DNA of 49,568 bases from Nitrososphaerota archaeon (GCA_013378375.1 JACAFT010000004.1:1-49568), one strand, 5' to 3'. Numbered from the stretch's first letter, positions 20,571-30,285 are shown. Program-made: numbers and translations. The notes: a model not told the origin generated them from the letters alone.

Positions 20571-21833
20571 TTGGTATTAAATATAATAAACGGTAGAGTG
20601 TGGACAGGAAATCAACTAGAGGAGATTGGAATTTCTATAGAAGGGAACAAAATAATCAAAGTTAGTAATGAAATGAATCTCTTAAAAGCTGAAAATACAA
20701 TAGATGCAGAAGACAATATTGTATTTCCAGGTTGTATTGACGTACATAGTCATTTAAGAGATTCAAATTTGAGTTATAAAGAAGATTTTATTTCAGGAAC
20801 TAGTGCTGCTTTAGCAGGTGGTTTTACAACTATACTCGATATGCCAAACACAAAACCACCAATAACTAATGTAAAGGAATTAATCAAACGTCAAAAGGAG
20901 GCGTCGGAAAAAATTTTCTGCAATGTAGGATTCTATTGTTCTCCAATAAACAACAATGATATAGAACCATTAGTAAAATCAAATGCGATAGGCTTTAAAA
21001 TTTATTTACACAAACCATTTGAAAATCAAGAATTATCCAGAGACAATATTGAAACAATGATGAGAAACATAAAAAAGAATAATTCGATTTTATTAATACA
21101 TGCAGAAAGCTCAGATTTATTTGAGAATAATAATCATGTAGTAGAATCCGAAACAGTAGCAATTGAACAAATGATTAAATTAGCAAAAAAAACTAAATGT
21201 AAAATACATATTGTTCATGTATCAACGAATAAAGGATTAAAAATCATAATGGATAACAAACACAAAATTGACATTTCATGTGAAACAACTCCACATCATA
21301 TGATTTTAAACACAGAGGAGATTATAGAAGGTCAACATTGTGAACCTCCGTTAAGAGATAGAAATAATCAACAAGCAATATTTGAAGGTATAAAAAATGG
21401 AAACATTGACATGATAGCAACAGATCATGCACCTCATACAGTAGAAGAAAAAGAACAATCATATCCAGGATTTCCAGGTTTAGAAATAACAGTTCCAATA
21501 ATGTTTGATTTATTTTATCAGGAGAAAATTACGTTGCAAAGAATATTTGAAGTATTAGTAAAAAATCCTGTAGAAAGATTTAAGTTAAAAAATATTGGTC
21601 AAATAAAAGAAGGATATAATGCAGATTTAATATTAGTTAATGAAAAAAATAATAAAATAATTGAGCCAAAGAATTTCTTGTCAAAAGCTAAATTTACACC
21701 ATTTAAAGGAAAGAAAGTGAATGGTGAAATAACTGCAACAATTATTAACGGAAAGATTGGATTTCGAAATGGAAAAATTTTAAGCAAACCAGGAATAGGC
21801 AGAGTACTAAAAAGAACTACTGATTTCAATTAA
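20571..21833 (+). CDS. pyrC: Dihydroorotase
   Basis: PG.ID.HSHLRD, AA.AGG.T..DMPNT, HAE, HVS, E.TPHH, PPLR, ATDHAPH. Confidence 0.9.
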   Translation: MVLNIINGRVWTGNQLEEIGISIEGNKIIKVSNEMNLLKAENTIDAEDNIVFPGCIDVHSHLRDSNLSYKEDFISGTSAALAGGFTTILDMPNTKPPITNVKELIKRQKEASEKIFCNVGFYCSPINNNDIEPLVKSNAIGFKIYLHKPFENQELSRDNIETMMRNIKKNNSILLIHAESSDLFENNNHVVESETVAIEQMIKLAKKTKCKIHIVHVSTNKGLKIIMDNKHKIDISCETTPHHMILNTEEIIEGQHCEPPLRDRNNQQAIFEGIKNGNIDMIATDHAPHTVEEKEQSYPGFPGLEITVPIMFDLFYQEKITLQRIFEVLVKNPVERFKLKNIGQIKEGYNADLILVNEKNNKIIEPKNFLSKAKFTPFKGKKVNGEITATIINGKIGFRNGKILSKPGIGRVLKRTTDFN

Positions 21834-21854
21834 AAGTATAATGATGTATGTGCT

Positions 21855-23009
21855 ATGAATCAAAAAAATATATATTTTCCAACTTTTGGTTCAGGCATAG
21901 GACATGCAAATAGAAATTTGTTAATTGCAAAATCATTAAATAAAAATTATAAATATTTTTTTAGTTCATTCAGTGATGGATATGAATTTTTGACAGCAAA
22001 TGGAATGCAATGTAAAAAAATTCCAAAAATTGATGTGTCTTGGAATAAAGATGGAACGGTATCAACAATAAAGACAGTTATTAGCATGCCAAAATTAATT
22101 TCAATATTTCTATATCACTTGGGATATGAATTTAATTTAATTTCAAAGCAAAAACCTGATCTAATATTTAGTGATTCAAGATTATCACCAATCCTATGTT
22201 CAAAGAGGTTAGATGTACCATCAATAGTCATTCTGAATCAAATTAAATTATTAATCAGATTACAAAACAAAAGAAGAAAGAAATTAGAACAAATTAATGC
22301 TGAACTTTTGGGACGTCTATGGAATTATGCAAATGAAATTTTAATACCAGATTTACCTCCGCCAAATACGATATGTATAGAAAATATAGAAGGAGTCAAA
22401 TCTATAAAAAATAATATTGAATACATAGGATTTATTTCAAGAGAAATAGATTACAAAAAAACAGACAGAATTAAAAAAGAATTAAAACTGGTCGAGAATA
22501 AACCTACAATCTATATACAAATAAGTGGACCAGAACAAAGTAGACCAAATATTTACAATAACATCATAAAGCAAATGAAATCAGTTCAAAATAAATATAA
22601 TATAATAATTTCCAAAGGAAATCCAAATGGAAATACAGAGCCAAAGAAAATAAATGAAATAATAGTATTTGAATGGTGTCCATTTAAAGAAATGTTTCAA
22701 TTATCAGATTGTATGATTACAAGAGGAGGGCATTCAACAATAGGAAATTCGATAACATGTGGAAAGCCATCAATAATAATACCAATAAAAAATCAAACAG
22801 AACAAATTCAGAATGCTGCGAAAATAGAAAAATTGGGTTTAGGAATAAAATTAGAGGAGAAAAACATACATAATTCGCTATTAAATTCTATAAATAAAAT
22901 TTTTAATGAAAATAAATTTATTTCAAATGTAGAAAAATTTCAGAATTTGACCAGAGAATACAACGGAATAGAAACATGCAAGAAAAAAATTACCAAATAT
23001 GTAAGTTAA
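21855..23009 (+). CDS. GT-B glycosyltransferase (GT28/MurG/MGDG-synthase-like)
   Basis: G.G.GH..R, SDSR, PD.PPP, RGGHST, P...Q.EQ..NA. Confidence 0.85.
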   Translation: MNQKNIYFPTFGSGIGHANRNLLIAKSLNKNYKYFFSSFSDGYEFLTANGMQCKKIPKIDVSWNKDGTVSTIKTVISMPKLISIFLYHLGYEFNLISKQKPDLIFSDSRLSPILCSKRLDVPSIVILNQIKLLIRLQNKRRKKLEQINAELLGRLWNYANEILIPDLPPPNTICIENIEGVKSIKNNIEYIGFISREIDYKKTDRIKKELKLVENKPTIYIQISGPEQSRPNIYNNIIKQMKSVQNKYNIIISKGNPNGNTEPKKINEIIVFEWCPFKEMFQLSDCMITRGGHSTIGNSITCGKPSIIIPIKNQTEQIQNAAKIEKLGLGIKLEEKNIHNSLLNSINKIFNENKFISNVEKFQNLTREYNGIETCKKKITKYVS

Positions 23010-23882
23010 TTATTTTTTAGAAAATTTTTGTTCCAATTTATTAAAGTTATCATAATCAACAAGTTGATTAAATATATCAAAAGTAGTTAGATTTTTTTCA
23101 ATACCAACAGAAGTATTGTGTTTTTTAAGAAAAGTAAGTGCGTCAATCATGGCTTTAGTAGATGCGTATAAAGAAGTTAATGGAAATAAAATAATTTTAA
23201 ACCCTATTTTCTTAGCTTTTTTAAAAGGTATCATAGGAGTTTTACCTCCTTCTAATTGATTCAACAACAAAGGAAGTTTTACTTTTTTTGCAATAATTTC
23301 TAATTCATCAAGTTTATTGGGCGCCTCGATAAACAATAAATCAGCTCCAGCTCTCTTATAACTTTTAATTCGTTCTATTGCCAGATCAACACCATCAACA
23401 GCCAAGCTATCTGTTCTGCCAACAATAACCAAATTTGATTTTTCTTCTTTACGACTCTGAACTGCAGCACGAATTTTTGATTGCATGTCTTCAATAGAGA
23501 TTACTGATTTTCCTTTCATATGTCCGCATTTTTTTGGCCAAACCTGATCTTCTAATATCAATCCTGCAGCGCCAGAACGAATATAATTTTTTACGGTTCT
23601 CATAGTATTCAATGTATTTCCATAACCTGTATCAGCATCTGCAATAACAGGTATATCAATAGAATTACAGATAGATGAGACTCTTTCATTCATTTCGGAA
23701 AAACTTACTAAACCAATATCAGGAACGCCAAGTAATGTAGCTGCAGTTCCATAGCCAGTATGAAATACAGTATCAAAACCAACTTGTTGGGCAATCTTTG
23801 CACTTAAAGCGTCATAAATACCAGGCACCAGAATGGTATCATTATTTTGTAGAATTTTACGAAGGGATTTTGATTTATCCAT
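23010..23882 (-). CDS. Isocitrate lyase/PEP mutase family enzyme (2-methylisocitrate lyase-like)
   Basis: PG.YDA.SA, DADTGYG, EDQV.PKKCGH, RTD, GAD..F.EA. Confidence 0.9.
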   Translation of the reverse strand: MDKSKSLRKILQNNDTILVPGIYDALSAKIAQQVGFDTVFHTGYGTAATLLGVPDIGLVSFSEMNERVSSICNSIDIPVIADADTGYGNTLNTMRTVKNYIRSGAAGLILEDQVWPKKCGHMKGKSVISIEDMQSKIRAAVQSRKEEKSNLVIVGRTDSLAVDGVDLAIERIKSYKRAGADLLFIEAPNKLDELEIIAKKVKLPLLLNQLEGGKTPMIPFKKAKKIGFKIILFPLTSLYASTKAMIDALTFLKKHNTSVGIEKNLTTFDIFNQLVDYDNFNKLEQKFSKK

Positions 23883-23965
23883 AAGTTATAAACAAGTTTC
23901 TCATTATTATTTTCTATTATTGACAATTAATTATTTTTTAATACTAGGATATAGATAAAAAAAAT

Positions 23966-24586
23966 ATGGAATTTGTTGAAACAAATAATAGACCGTACAG
24001 ATCTGGACCAAAATGGACATTAATATTTATAGGAATAGCAATAGCAGGATTCATAATACAATTTATAACAGGTCCAGGAATATGGCAATATTTTGCATTC
24101 ATACCAGAACATGCAATAACTAGACCATGGACTTTTATTACAACAATATTTCTTCATGCAGATATAAATCACTTATTTTTCAACATGTTCATGTTATTTG
24201 CATTTGGAATAAATCTTGAACGTTTACTTGGAAAAAATAGATTTTTAATTATATTTTTAGTATCGGGAATTCTTGGAAACTTAGGATATTGGATAACAAC
24301 AGGTAATTATTCAATTCCTGCTATAGGTGCATCAGGAGCAGTTTACGGATTAATGGGTACATTATCAATACTAGCTCCATTCATGAAATTTTACGTATGG
24401 GGATTAGTACCAGTACCAATGATTGTACTTACAGCACTATACGCAATTGGAGATATTTTTGGTCTATTTACACCATCAAATATTGCACATGGAGCACATC
24501 TAGCAGGGCTAATTGCAGGAATAGCATTTGGAATATACTTAAGACCATTTTTTGGATATAGAAGAAACAAAGATATTGAATTATAA
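23966..24586 (+). CDS. Rhomboid intramembrane serine protease
   Basis: FLH....HL.FNM, GASG, AH.AHL.G. Confidence 0.95.
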   Translation: MEFVETNNRPYRSGPKWTLIFIGIAIAGFIIQFITGPGIWQYFAFIPEHAITRPWTFITTIFLHADINHLFFNMFMLFAFGINLERLLGKNRFLIIFLVSGILGNLGYWITTGNYSIPAIGASGAVYGLMGTLSILAPFMKFYVWGLVPVPMIVLTALYAIGDIFGLFTPSNIAHGAHLAGLIAGIAFGIYLRPFFGYRRNKDIEL

Positions 24587-25765
24587 TCAAGATTTTTTAT
24601 AATATCTATCTCTCCATGTAAAAGGAGAATTAAATTGAATTTTTACAACGGAAATAATTAGTGATGTAAATAATAATATACAAGAAAATGGATGTAAGAA
24701 GACGTACAATTTAGAATGTTTGACATCAATGAATTCAAAAAAATATGATAATTGCATAAAAGAAACTATCAAGAATATTTTAAGAATATTTTCTAATGAA
24801 AAATAAGTAAACTGTAAAACAAGAATATATGGAAGAATTAATGCGAAGAATCCAATAATTATAGTTATTATACCAAAAAATGGATGTATGTCAATAAAAG
24901 ATGAAGAAATACCACGCTGCATTGCATTAATATTATCAGAAAACCCAATGTTTGAAAATGTTTTAACAATATTCCCAGAACGAATAAATTTTAACTTATA
25001 ACCAGCGGTTTTTAGTAATTCACCAAGAGATTTATCTTCTACAAAAGAATTTTTAACAGCTTCATGACCACCTACATCATCATACACTTTTCTATTAATT
25101 AAAATAAAACCTCCTATCAAGTATGCAATAGGTAATTTTTTTGAGTTTAAGAATAAAGGCGAATAAAGAAGATTTATCATAGAGATTAAAATAGGTAAAA
25201 TAAGTTTACTCCAATAATCTTTACAGACAAGTGTAGGAAGAAGAGTCAATACATCAAGATGAAACTTATTCATATATGCTAACGATGAAGAAATAGATTC
25301 TTTATTATGATCAGTATCAGCGTCAGTAAACAATAACATATCGCCAGTGGCTTTTTGTGAACCTTGGTAGCATGCAAAATTTTTTCCAGCCCAGTTCTTC
25401 TTTTTCTCTGATAAATGAATAGAAATAAAACGATCATCGGTTAAACAGAATTTTTGTATAATTTTTAAAGTATCATCAGTTGAACAATCATCAACAACGA
25501 TTACTTCAAAATTATCATAATCCTGTGCCTGTAATGATTTTAAACACCTCGTAATATTCTTTTCTTCGTTTCGTGCAGGAACTATAACAGAAACACGATT
25601 ATTTCCCACATTATCCAAAATTAAATGCCCAAGTTCGTCTATATAAAAAAAAGTAATAATTCGAAATAATACTATAACAAACCATAAAATAACTAGAATT
25701 TGAATAAGCGTATGAAGAAAATATTCAAGGAACATATAATAAATCAGAATCGGGTTAGTTAACAA
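24587..25765 (-). CDS. Membrane GT2 glycosyltransferase (HpnB/CruC-like)
   Basis: VPARNEE, DD.S.D.T, W.GK..A, FTDAD, GGH.....ED; TM helices at both ends; start may be 25735. Confidence 0.88.
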   Translation of the reverse strand: MLTNPILIYYMFLEYFLHTLIQILVILWFVIVLFRIITFFYIDELGHLILDNVGNNRVSVIVPARNEEKNITRCLKSLQAQDYDNFEVIVVDDCSTDDTLKIIQKFCLTDDRFISIHLSEKKKNWAGKNFACYQGSQKATGDMLLFTDADTDHNKESISSSLAYMNKFHLDVLTLLPTLVCKDYWSKLILPILISMINLLYSPLFLNSKKLPIAYLIGGFILINRKVYDDVGGHEAVKNSFVEDKSLGELLKTAGYKLKFIRSGNIVKTFSNIGFSDNINAMQRGISSSFIDIHPFFGIITIIIGFFALILPYILVLQFTYFSLENILKIFLIVSFMQLSYFFEFIDVKHSKLYVFLHPFSCILLFTSLIISVVKIQFNSPFTWRDRYYKKS

Positions 25766-25806
25766 GGTTTATTTACAATATAACATTACCATATGCTAGT
25801 GGTAAT

Positions 25807-26139
25807 ATGAGCGAAGAAAGACAATATTCAGGAATAACATGCGATATGACTGGAGTAATTACAGAATTTGGCCCAGGAGCAGAAAAACTATTTGGCTATA
25901 CAAAAGATGAATTAATTGGAAAAGGAAATGTTGGAATGTTTCATACTGAAGAGAATGTTAAAACATTAGTCCCAGTACTCTTGCAAACGGCAGTAGAGAA
26001 AGGTGTTTGGGAAGAGGTTGTAGAACTAGTCAGGAAGGACGGATCTCATTTTAACGGAAAACTCACTGTTAGACCGTTAAAAGATGGAGACCAACAAATT
26101 GGATTTGTTGGCACGACCGAATTCATTGAAGATATATAA
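25807..26139 (+). CDS. Stand-alone PAS-domain protein
   Basis: D..G.I...GAEKLFGYTKDELIG, RKDGS.F, G...GF.G. Confidence 0.88.
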   Translation: MSEERQYSGITCDMTGVITEFGPGAEKLFGYTKDELIGKGNVGMFHTEENVKTLVPVLLQTAVEKGVWEEVVELVRKDGSHFNGKLTVRPLKDGDQQIGFVGTTEFIEDI

Positions 26140-26153
26140 AAGTGATAAAGTAA

Positions 26154-27161
26154 TTGAAACTTGAAGTTTGGGCAAAAGAATTAAGAATTCCTTTCCTCAG
26201 TCTTCCAGTTATTTTTGTTCCTTTAGGAGTAATGGTTGCATATTTTGATGTTGCAACTATTAATCTACTTCATGCAATATTAACGCTAATAGGTGTGGTA
26301 TGTTTACATGCCAGTGTAAATGTCCTAAATGATTATTTTGATTATAAAAGTGGAATAGATGTTGCAACAACACCAACACCATTCAGCGGAGGTAGTAGGG
26401 TATTACCTGAAAAATTACTGTCGCCAAATAATGTTTTAATTGGCGGAATTATTTTACTGATCATAGGTTCATCAATTGGTTTATATTTCTTAAATTATTT
26501 TGGATTTAATTCAGTTCTATTAGGAATAATTGCAATTTCTATTTTATCAGTAATATTATACTCACCAGTACTTTCTACTTTAGGGTTAGGGGAATTAACA
26601 GTATTTCTTAATTTCGGTCCATTATTATTCTCAGGAGTTTACTTTATTCAAAGTGGAGGAAATTGTTCAAACTGTTTTTACGGATTAGAAATTGAAGCTA
26701 TTATAATTGGTTCAATTGTTGGATTAATGACAACAGGAATATTATATATTAATCAATTTCCAGATACGGAAGCAGATAAATCAAAAGGTAGACGTCACCT
26801 AGTTGCTAGGTTAGGAAAAGAAAGAGCTGTAGGATTATACAATATCATGATGATATTAAGTTATGTAATAATAATTATAGGTGTAATATCATCTTTTGTA
26901 ATTGGAATAGGTATTCCTCCAACATGTCTCATAGCATTAGCTACTTATTCAATGACGCCAAAGGGAAATTATAGAACTGCATCAAAAATTTTAAAAACTG
27001 AATATGACAAGATAATGGAATTAATTCCTGCAATGGGAAATACAGTAATGACAACAATACAAACTGGTATTTTATTGTTAATTGGATACATACTTTGGTT
27101 AGCTTTATTATACATATTCCCAGATGGATTAGCAATCGCCCAAGGAAAATTTATTCAATAA
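26154..27161 (+). CDS. menA: UbiA-family prenyltransferase, MenA-like
   Basis: N..NDYFDYKSG.D, SGGSR, GLGE, N.FPD..AD...GR; multiple TMs. Confidence 0.8.
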   Translation: MKLEVWAKELRIPFLSLPVIFVPLGVMVAYFDVATINLLHAILTLIGVVCLHASVNVLNDYFDYKSGIDVATTPTPFSGGSRVLPEKLLSPNNVLIGGIILLIIGSSIGLYFLNYFGFNSVLLGIIAISILSVILYSPVLSTLGLGELTVFLNFGPLLFSGVYFIQSGGNCSNCFYGLEIEAIIIGSIVGLMTTGILYINQFPDTEADKSKGRRHLVARLGKERAVGLYNIMMILSYVIIIIGVISSFVIGIGIPPTCLIALATYSMTPKGNYRTASKILKTEYDKIMELIPAMGNTVMTTIQTGILLLIGYILWLALLYIFPDGLAIAQGKFIQ

Positions 27162-27217
27162 TTATATTCATAAATTTTCCAAAAAAACATTATATCGAAG
27201 TAATTAAAATACATAAT

Positions 27218-27487
27218 ATGAGACAGTACAAAGTTGTTGCAGAAAGTACAAAAAAATTATTTGAAGAAGAATTGAATAAATTAGCAGAAGAAGGTTGGGA
27301 AATTATACATTATGGAAATTCAGTAAGTGTAGGATCAACAAGATCAAACACAATGGCATGTTTTAGTGCAATTTTAGAAAAAGAAAAAACAATAACTCGA
27401 AAAAAAGTAAAAACAAGTTCTAATAAAAAAAAGAAATCTACTGAAAAAAAAACAGATACATCATCAAATGAGTATTCAACAAACTAG
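27218..27487 (+). CDS. Small DUF4177-like protein with a Lys-rich tail
   Basis: QYKV...EELNKLAEEGWE motif. ATG at 27218 preferred over the track's 27095, which overlaps menA. Confidence 0.65.
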   Translation: MRQYKVVAESTKKLFEEELNKLAEEGWEIIHYGNSVSVGSTRSNTMACFSAILEKEKTITRKKVKTSSNKKKKSTEKKTDTSSNEYSTN

Positions 27488-28287
27488 TTTTCTATAGGTA
27501 AATCAGCACGAGTACTCCAATCGGCAAAAGAACGGTCATAAATTTTTACATTAGGATAATTACAAAATTGTAAAGCAACAAATGTGTGAGATGCACGCTC
27601 TCCAACCTGACAATAACAAATAATTTCCTTATCTTTAGTAATACCGTATTTTTCAAAGATTTTGTCAAGTTCTTCAATATTTTTAAAAATATACCCATCA
27701 GTACCAACTCCTATTTCCCAAGGAAAATTTATCGAACCAGGAATTCGACCTGCTTTAGGTCCAGCTGCAATAACTCCATTAAATTCGTCAGGGCTTCTTG
27801 TATCAAGTAAAATAGAATTTGAATCACTAAGCTTAGATTGGACATATTCATGATTTACTTTAAAATTTACAAAAGGAGTTGTAATAACAAAGTCAGTAGG
27901 TTGAATCTCAGGTACTTCTTCACTAACAGGATAACCTAATTGCAACCATTTAGAAAACGACGTATCAAGAAATTTTACAGTAATTCCATAATATTTTAGC
28001 GACCAGAACAAACGAGTTGCTGTTGCACCGTTTTTATCCCCGTATACAACAATCACGGAATCATTCGTGATTCCATTTACACTGAGTAATTTTTCTATTG
28101 CGTCTTGAGGAGCAACATCAAAAAAAGAAAGATCTTCAGAAAAACTTAATATTTTTTCATAAGGAATCAAATGCGCCCCAGGTAAATGAGATCGTACATA
28201 CTCACGCGGAGACCTTATATCAAAAGGAACAATATTTGGATCTTCAATATTATCTTTAAGCCAAGTAGCACTAATTAAATCAGTCAA
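27484..28287 (-). CDS. Two-domain rhodanese (thiosulfate/mercaptopyruvate sulfurtransferase)
   Basis: D.R...Y...HLPGA, A.RLFW.L, D.R...EF.G, GRIPGS, catalytic YCQVGERAS, YD.S..DW. Confidence 0.93.
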   Translation of the reverse strand: MTDLISATWLKDNIEDPNIVPFDIRSPREYVRSHLPGAHLIPYEKILSFSEDLSFFDVAPQDAIEKLLSVNGITNDSVIVVYGDKNGATATRLFWSLKYYGITVKFLDTSFSKWLQLGYPVSEEVPEIQPTDFVITTPFVNFKVNHEYVQSKLSDSNSILLDTRSPDEFNGVIAAGPKAGRIPGSINFPWEIGVGTDGYIFKNIEELDKIFEKYGITKDKEIICYCQVGERASHTFVALQFCNYPNVKIYDRSFADWSTRADLPIEN

Positions 28288-28515
28288 TTATTTTTTCCTC
28301 AAATAGAATTTAATATAGTTATTTTCCTCAGTTAGTTCTAATAATTCATGTCCTGAACGATTAGCCCATGCAGGTATATCTTCTTTTGCAGCAGGATCAG
28401 TAGCGGATATTTCCAATATTTGTCCACTCTGCATTTTTGAAATTAGTTGTTTTGTTTTTAAAACAGGGATGGGACAAACAAGTCCTTTAACATCTAATGC
28501 TTGATCAATTTTCAT
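28288..28515 (-). CDS. tusA: TusA/SirA-family sulfur carrier (copy 1)
   Basis: LDVKGLVCPIP (CPxP), ATDP....DI..W. Confidence 0.92.
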   Translation of the reverse strand: MKIDQALDVKGLVCPIPVLKTKQLISKMQSGQILEISATDPAAKEDIPAWANRSGHELLELTEENNYIKFYLRKK

Positions 28516-28543
28516 AATATCAATTCGCCAAAAAAAAATTAAA

Positions 28544-28783
28544 TTATATTTTATTAGTTTTAATTTCTATTTTAAACACACCGTCGTCAATTTCTTTAGA
28601 ACTAAGTATTTCATGTCCGTCTTTTTTTACTGCAGAAGGAATATTGATTGTTGATGGCAAATGATCAACAAGTACTTCTAAAACTTCACCGTTTTCTAAT
28701 TTTTTTAATTCTTTCACAGTAAAAATTACAGGCCAGGGACATACTTGTCCAACAAGATCAAGTTTCTTAGTTTGTGTTTGCAT
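28544..28783 (-). CDS. TusA/YeeD-family sulfur carrier (copy 2)
   Basis: LDLVGQVCPWP, LEVL.DH..S..NIP. Confidence 0.9.
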   Translation of the reverse strand: MQTQTKKLDLVGQVCPWPVIFTVKELKKLENGEVLEVLVDHLPSTINIPSAVKKDGHEILSSKEIDDGVFKIEIKTNKI

Positions 28784-28786
28784 GAA

Positions 28787-30217
28787 TCAGTTTCCACCAA
28801 TTTGTAATTGATTTAACAATATATCAGATGCAATCATGTCTTTTACGTCTTCCGAAACTTTAACAATTCCAGTTCCTTTGCCTAAAATTCGACCAATAAT
28901 TTGTGGATCATAACCCGATGCAGACAAATCAAGACTTATACTTTCTATTATATTTGGACTAGCAATAACAGCTACAGCGCCATTAGTGCCTGCAGTACCA
29001 TTGTCCATTAAGAAATTATCAGTAGCAAATTTAACAAATTCTGGATAACGAAGTGGTAAATTATCAATGGAGATATCAACATTTGCATTATCTGCATGTT
29101 CTTTAAAGATCATTATACCAGGACCAGAAAGATCGCCAGTGGCCAGAATATGTTCGTGAATATCAAAGTTGTTTTCAAAATCAGGCAGATATTTATTAAT
29201 AATTTTTGCGACTGCAAGATTAGGTTCGTTCATAGTTTCAATAACTGAATCCTTAGCACGTTGAACATCTTCAAGAGTATAACCAATGGTTTCAAGGTCT
29301 TTAAGGAAATTTTCGTCGGCTACACAAGACAAAAAGACGTTAATAGGTGCAAGATCGCCAAACGGACGTGTAACGAGAATTTCCATACCAGAATCTAACA
29401 AATTTAATTTAGTTGGAGGTTCTTTTCGTAATGAACCAAATAATGTAGCGCCAATTAGTAATTTATTTCGTTTAGGAGACTCTGCAGAAATTAATTCAAT
29501 TTTATATTTAGATGCGAAATTATCCATGTTTTTTAGAATTTGCGCTTCAATTTCTTGATTTGGTGCATCGACAACGGGCAAAACTTTCAGTTCTTCAAAA
29601 CAACCTAAAGATATTAAATCATTAAGAGAATTTGATACGGCGACATTTGTTTGTTGTTCAGATGAAGGGTCTGCAGTAGGATCAATAATTTGTATAGTAT
29701 CATTATTTGATAAACAATAACCGTCGGATCGTCCTTCTTCGTAAGAAATAAAATCAAAAAGTGCAAATTCTGCGTTTTCATCTCCAGTTATTATTGAATG
29801 TCCTTTTCCAACAGCAAAATTAACATTTGATTTAGATATTGATGTATAAAGACTAGTCAACAATGCTTGGAATTTTTCTTGCTTTTCTGCATTCTTTTGA
29901 AATACTTGTAATAGTGAAATAGCTCGTTTTGGATTAATTCGTCTAAGGTCATCTAAATCAACATCAGGATCAAATGGGTTGTAAATTCTGCGATTTATTA
30001 TTGGGCCACTGTCAGTTAAAGGAAATATATCAGCGTCAACTCTCTCACCAAGAGAAATTCCCATTTGTTTTAAATCCGGCTTTAAATTATGCAAAGTAGG
30101 ATAAACTACTGTATTAAGATCAACTTTAACAGCACAACCTGCCACCCATCTTAAAGGATCCATTCCCATTTCTCGGTATTTTGAGACATTGTCCCAAAAT
30201 TCTTGCTTCGTACTCAT
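28787..30217 (-). CDS. Archaeal SelD-like (selenophosphate synthetase-related, PurM fold) protein, putative thiophosphate synthetase
   Basis: AGCAVK matches the SelD C17/K20 spacing (Cys codon TGT). GHSI, NDTIQIIDP, SNSLNDL (N87/D91-like), TRPFG and GDLSGPG (DVTGFG-like) are present. At 476 aa it is longer than canonical SelD. Confidence 0.85.
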   Translation of the reverse strand: MSTKQEFWDNVSKYREMGMDPLRWVAGCAVKVDLNTVVYPTLHNLKPDLKQMGISLGERVDADIFPLTDSGPIINRRIYNPFDPDVDLDDLRRINPKRAISLLQVFQKNAEKQEKFQALLTSLYTSISKSNVNFAVGKGHSIITGDENAEFALFDFISYEEGRSDGYCLSNNDTIQIIDPTADPSSEQQTNVAVSNSLNDLISLGCFEELKVLPVVDAPNQEIEAQILKNMDNFASKYKIELISAESPKRNKLLIGATLFGSLRKEPPTKLNLLDSGMEILVTRPFGDLAPINVFLSCVADENFLKDLETIGYTLEDVQRAKDSVIETMNEPNLAVAKIINKYLPDFENNFDIHEHILATGDLSGPGIMIFKEHADNANVDISIDNLPLRYPEFVKFATDNFLMDNGTAGTNGAVAVIASPNIIESISLDLSASGYDPQIIGRILGKGTGIVKVSEDVKDMIASDILLNQLQIGGN

Positions 30218-30285
30218 TTGTTAACGAATTAATCAGATACCGATAAATATATAAATATAACGGCATTATAAAATATCGATAAGAT
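30218..30285. promoter_or_regulatory. 68-bp divergent promoter with a shared central TATA element
   Basis: ATAAATATATAAATATAA at about 30243..30260 sits roughly 25-40 nt from both start codons (30217 minus, 30286 plus). Confidence 0.6.

Noticed and set aside
27095-27217. N-terminal extension of the DUF4177-like ORF
   Set aside because: It overlaps menA; the recognisable domain begins at the ATG at 27218.
28530-28538. A9/T9 homopolymer as a phase-variation tract
   Set aside because: It is intergenic between TusA genes, and such runs are common at this AT content. At most it is a weak terminator.
28787-28789. Selenocysteine recoding of the SelD-like terminal UGA
   Set aside because: No SECIS-like GC-rich hairpin is visible nearby, the catalytic position is already Cys (TGT), and no Sec machinery is in the window.
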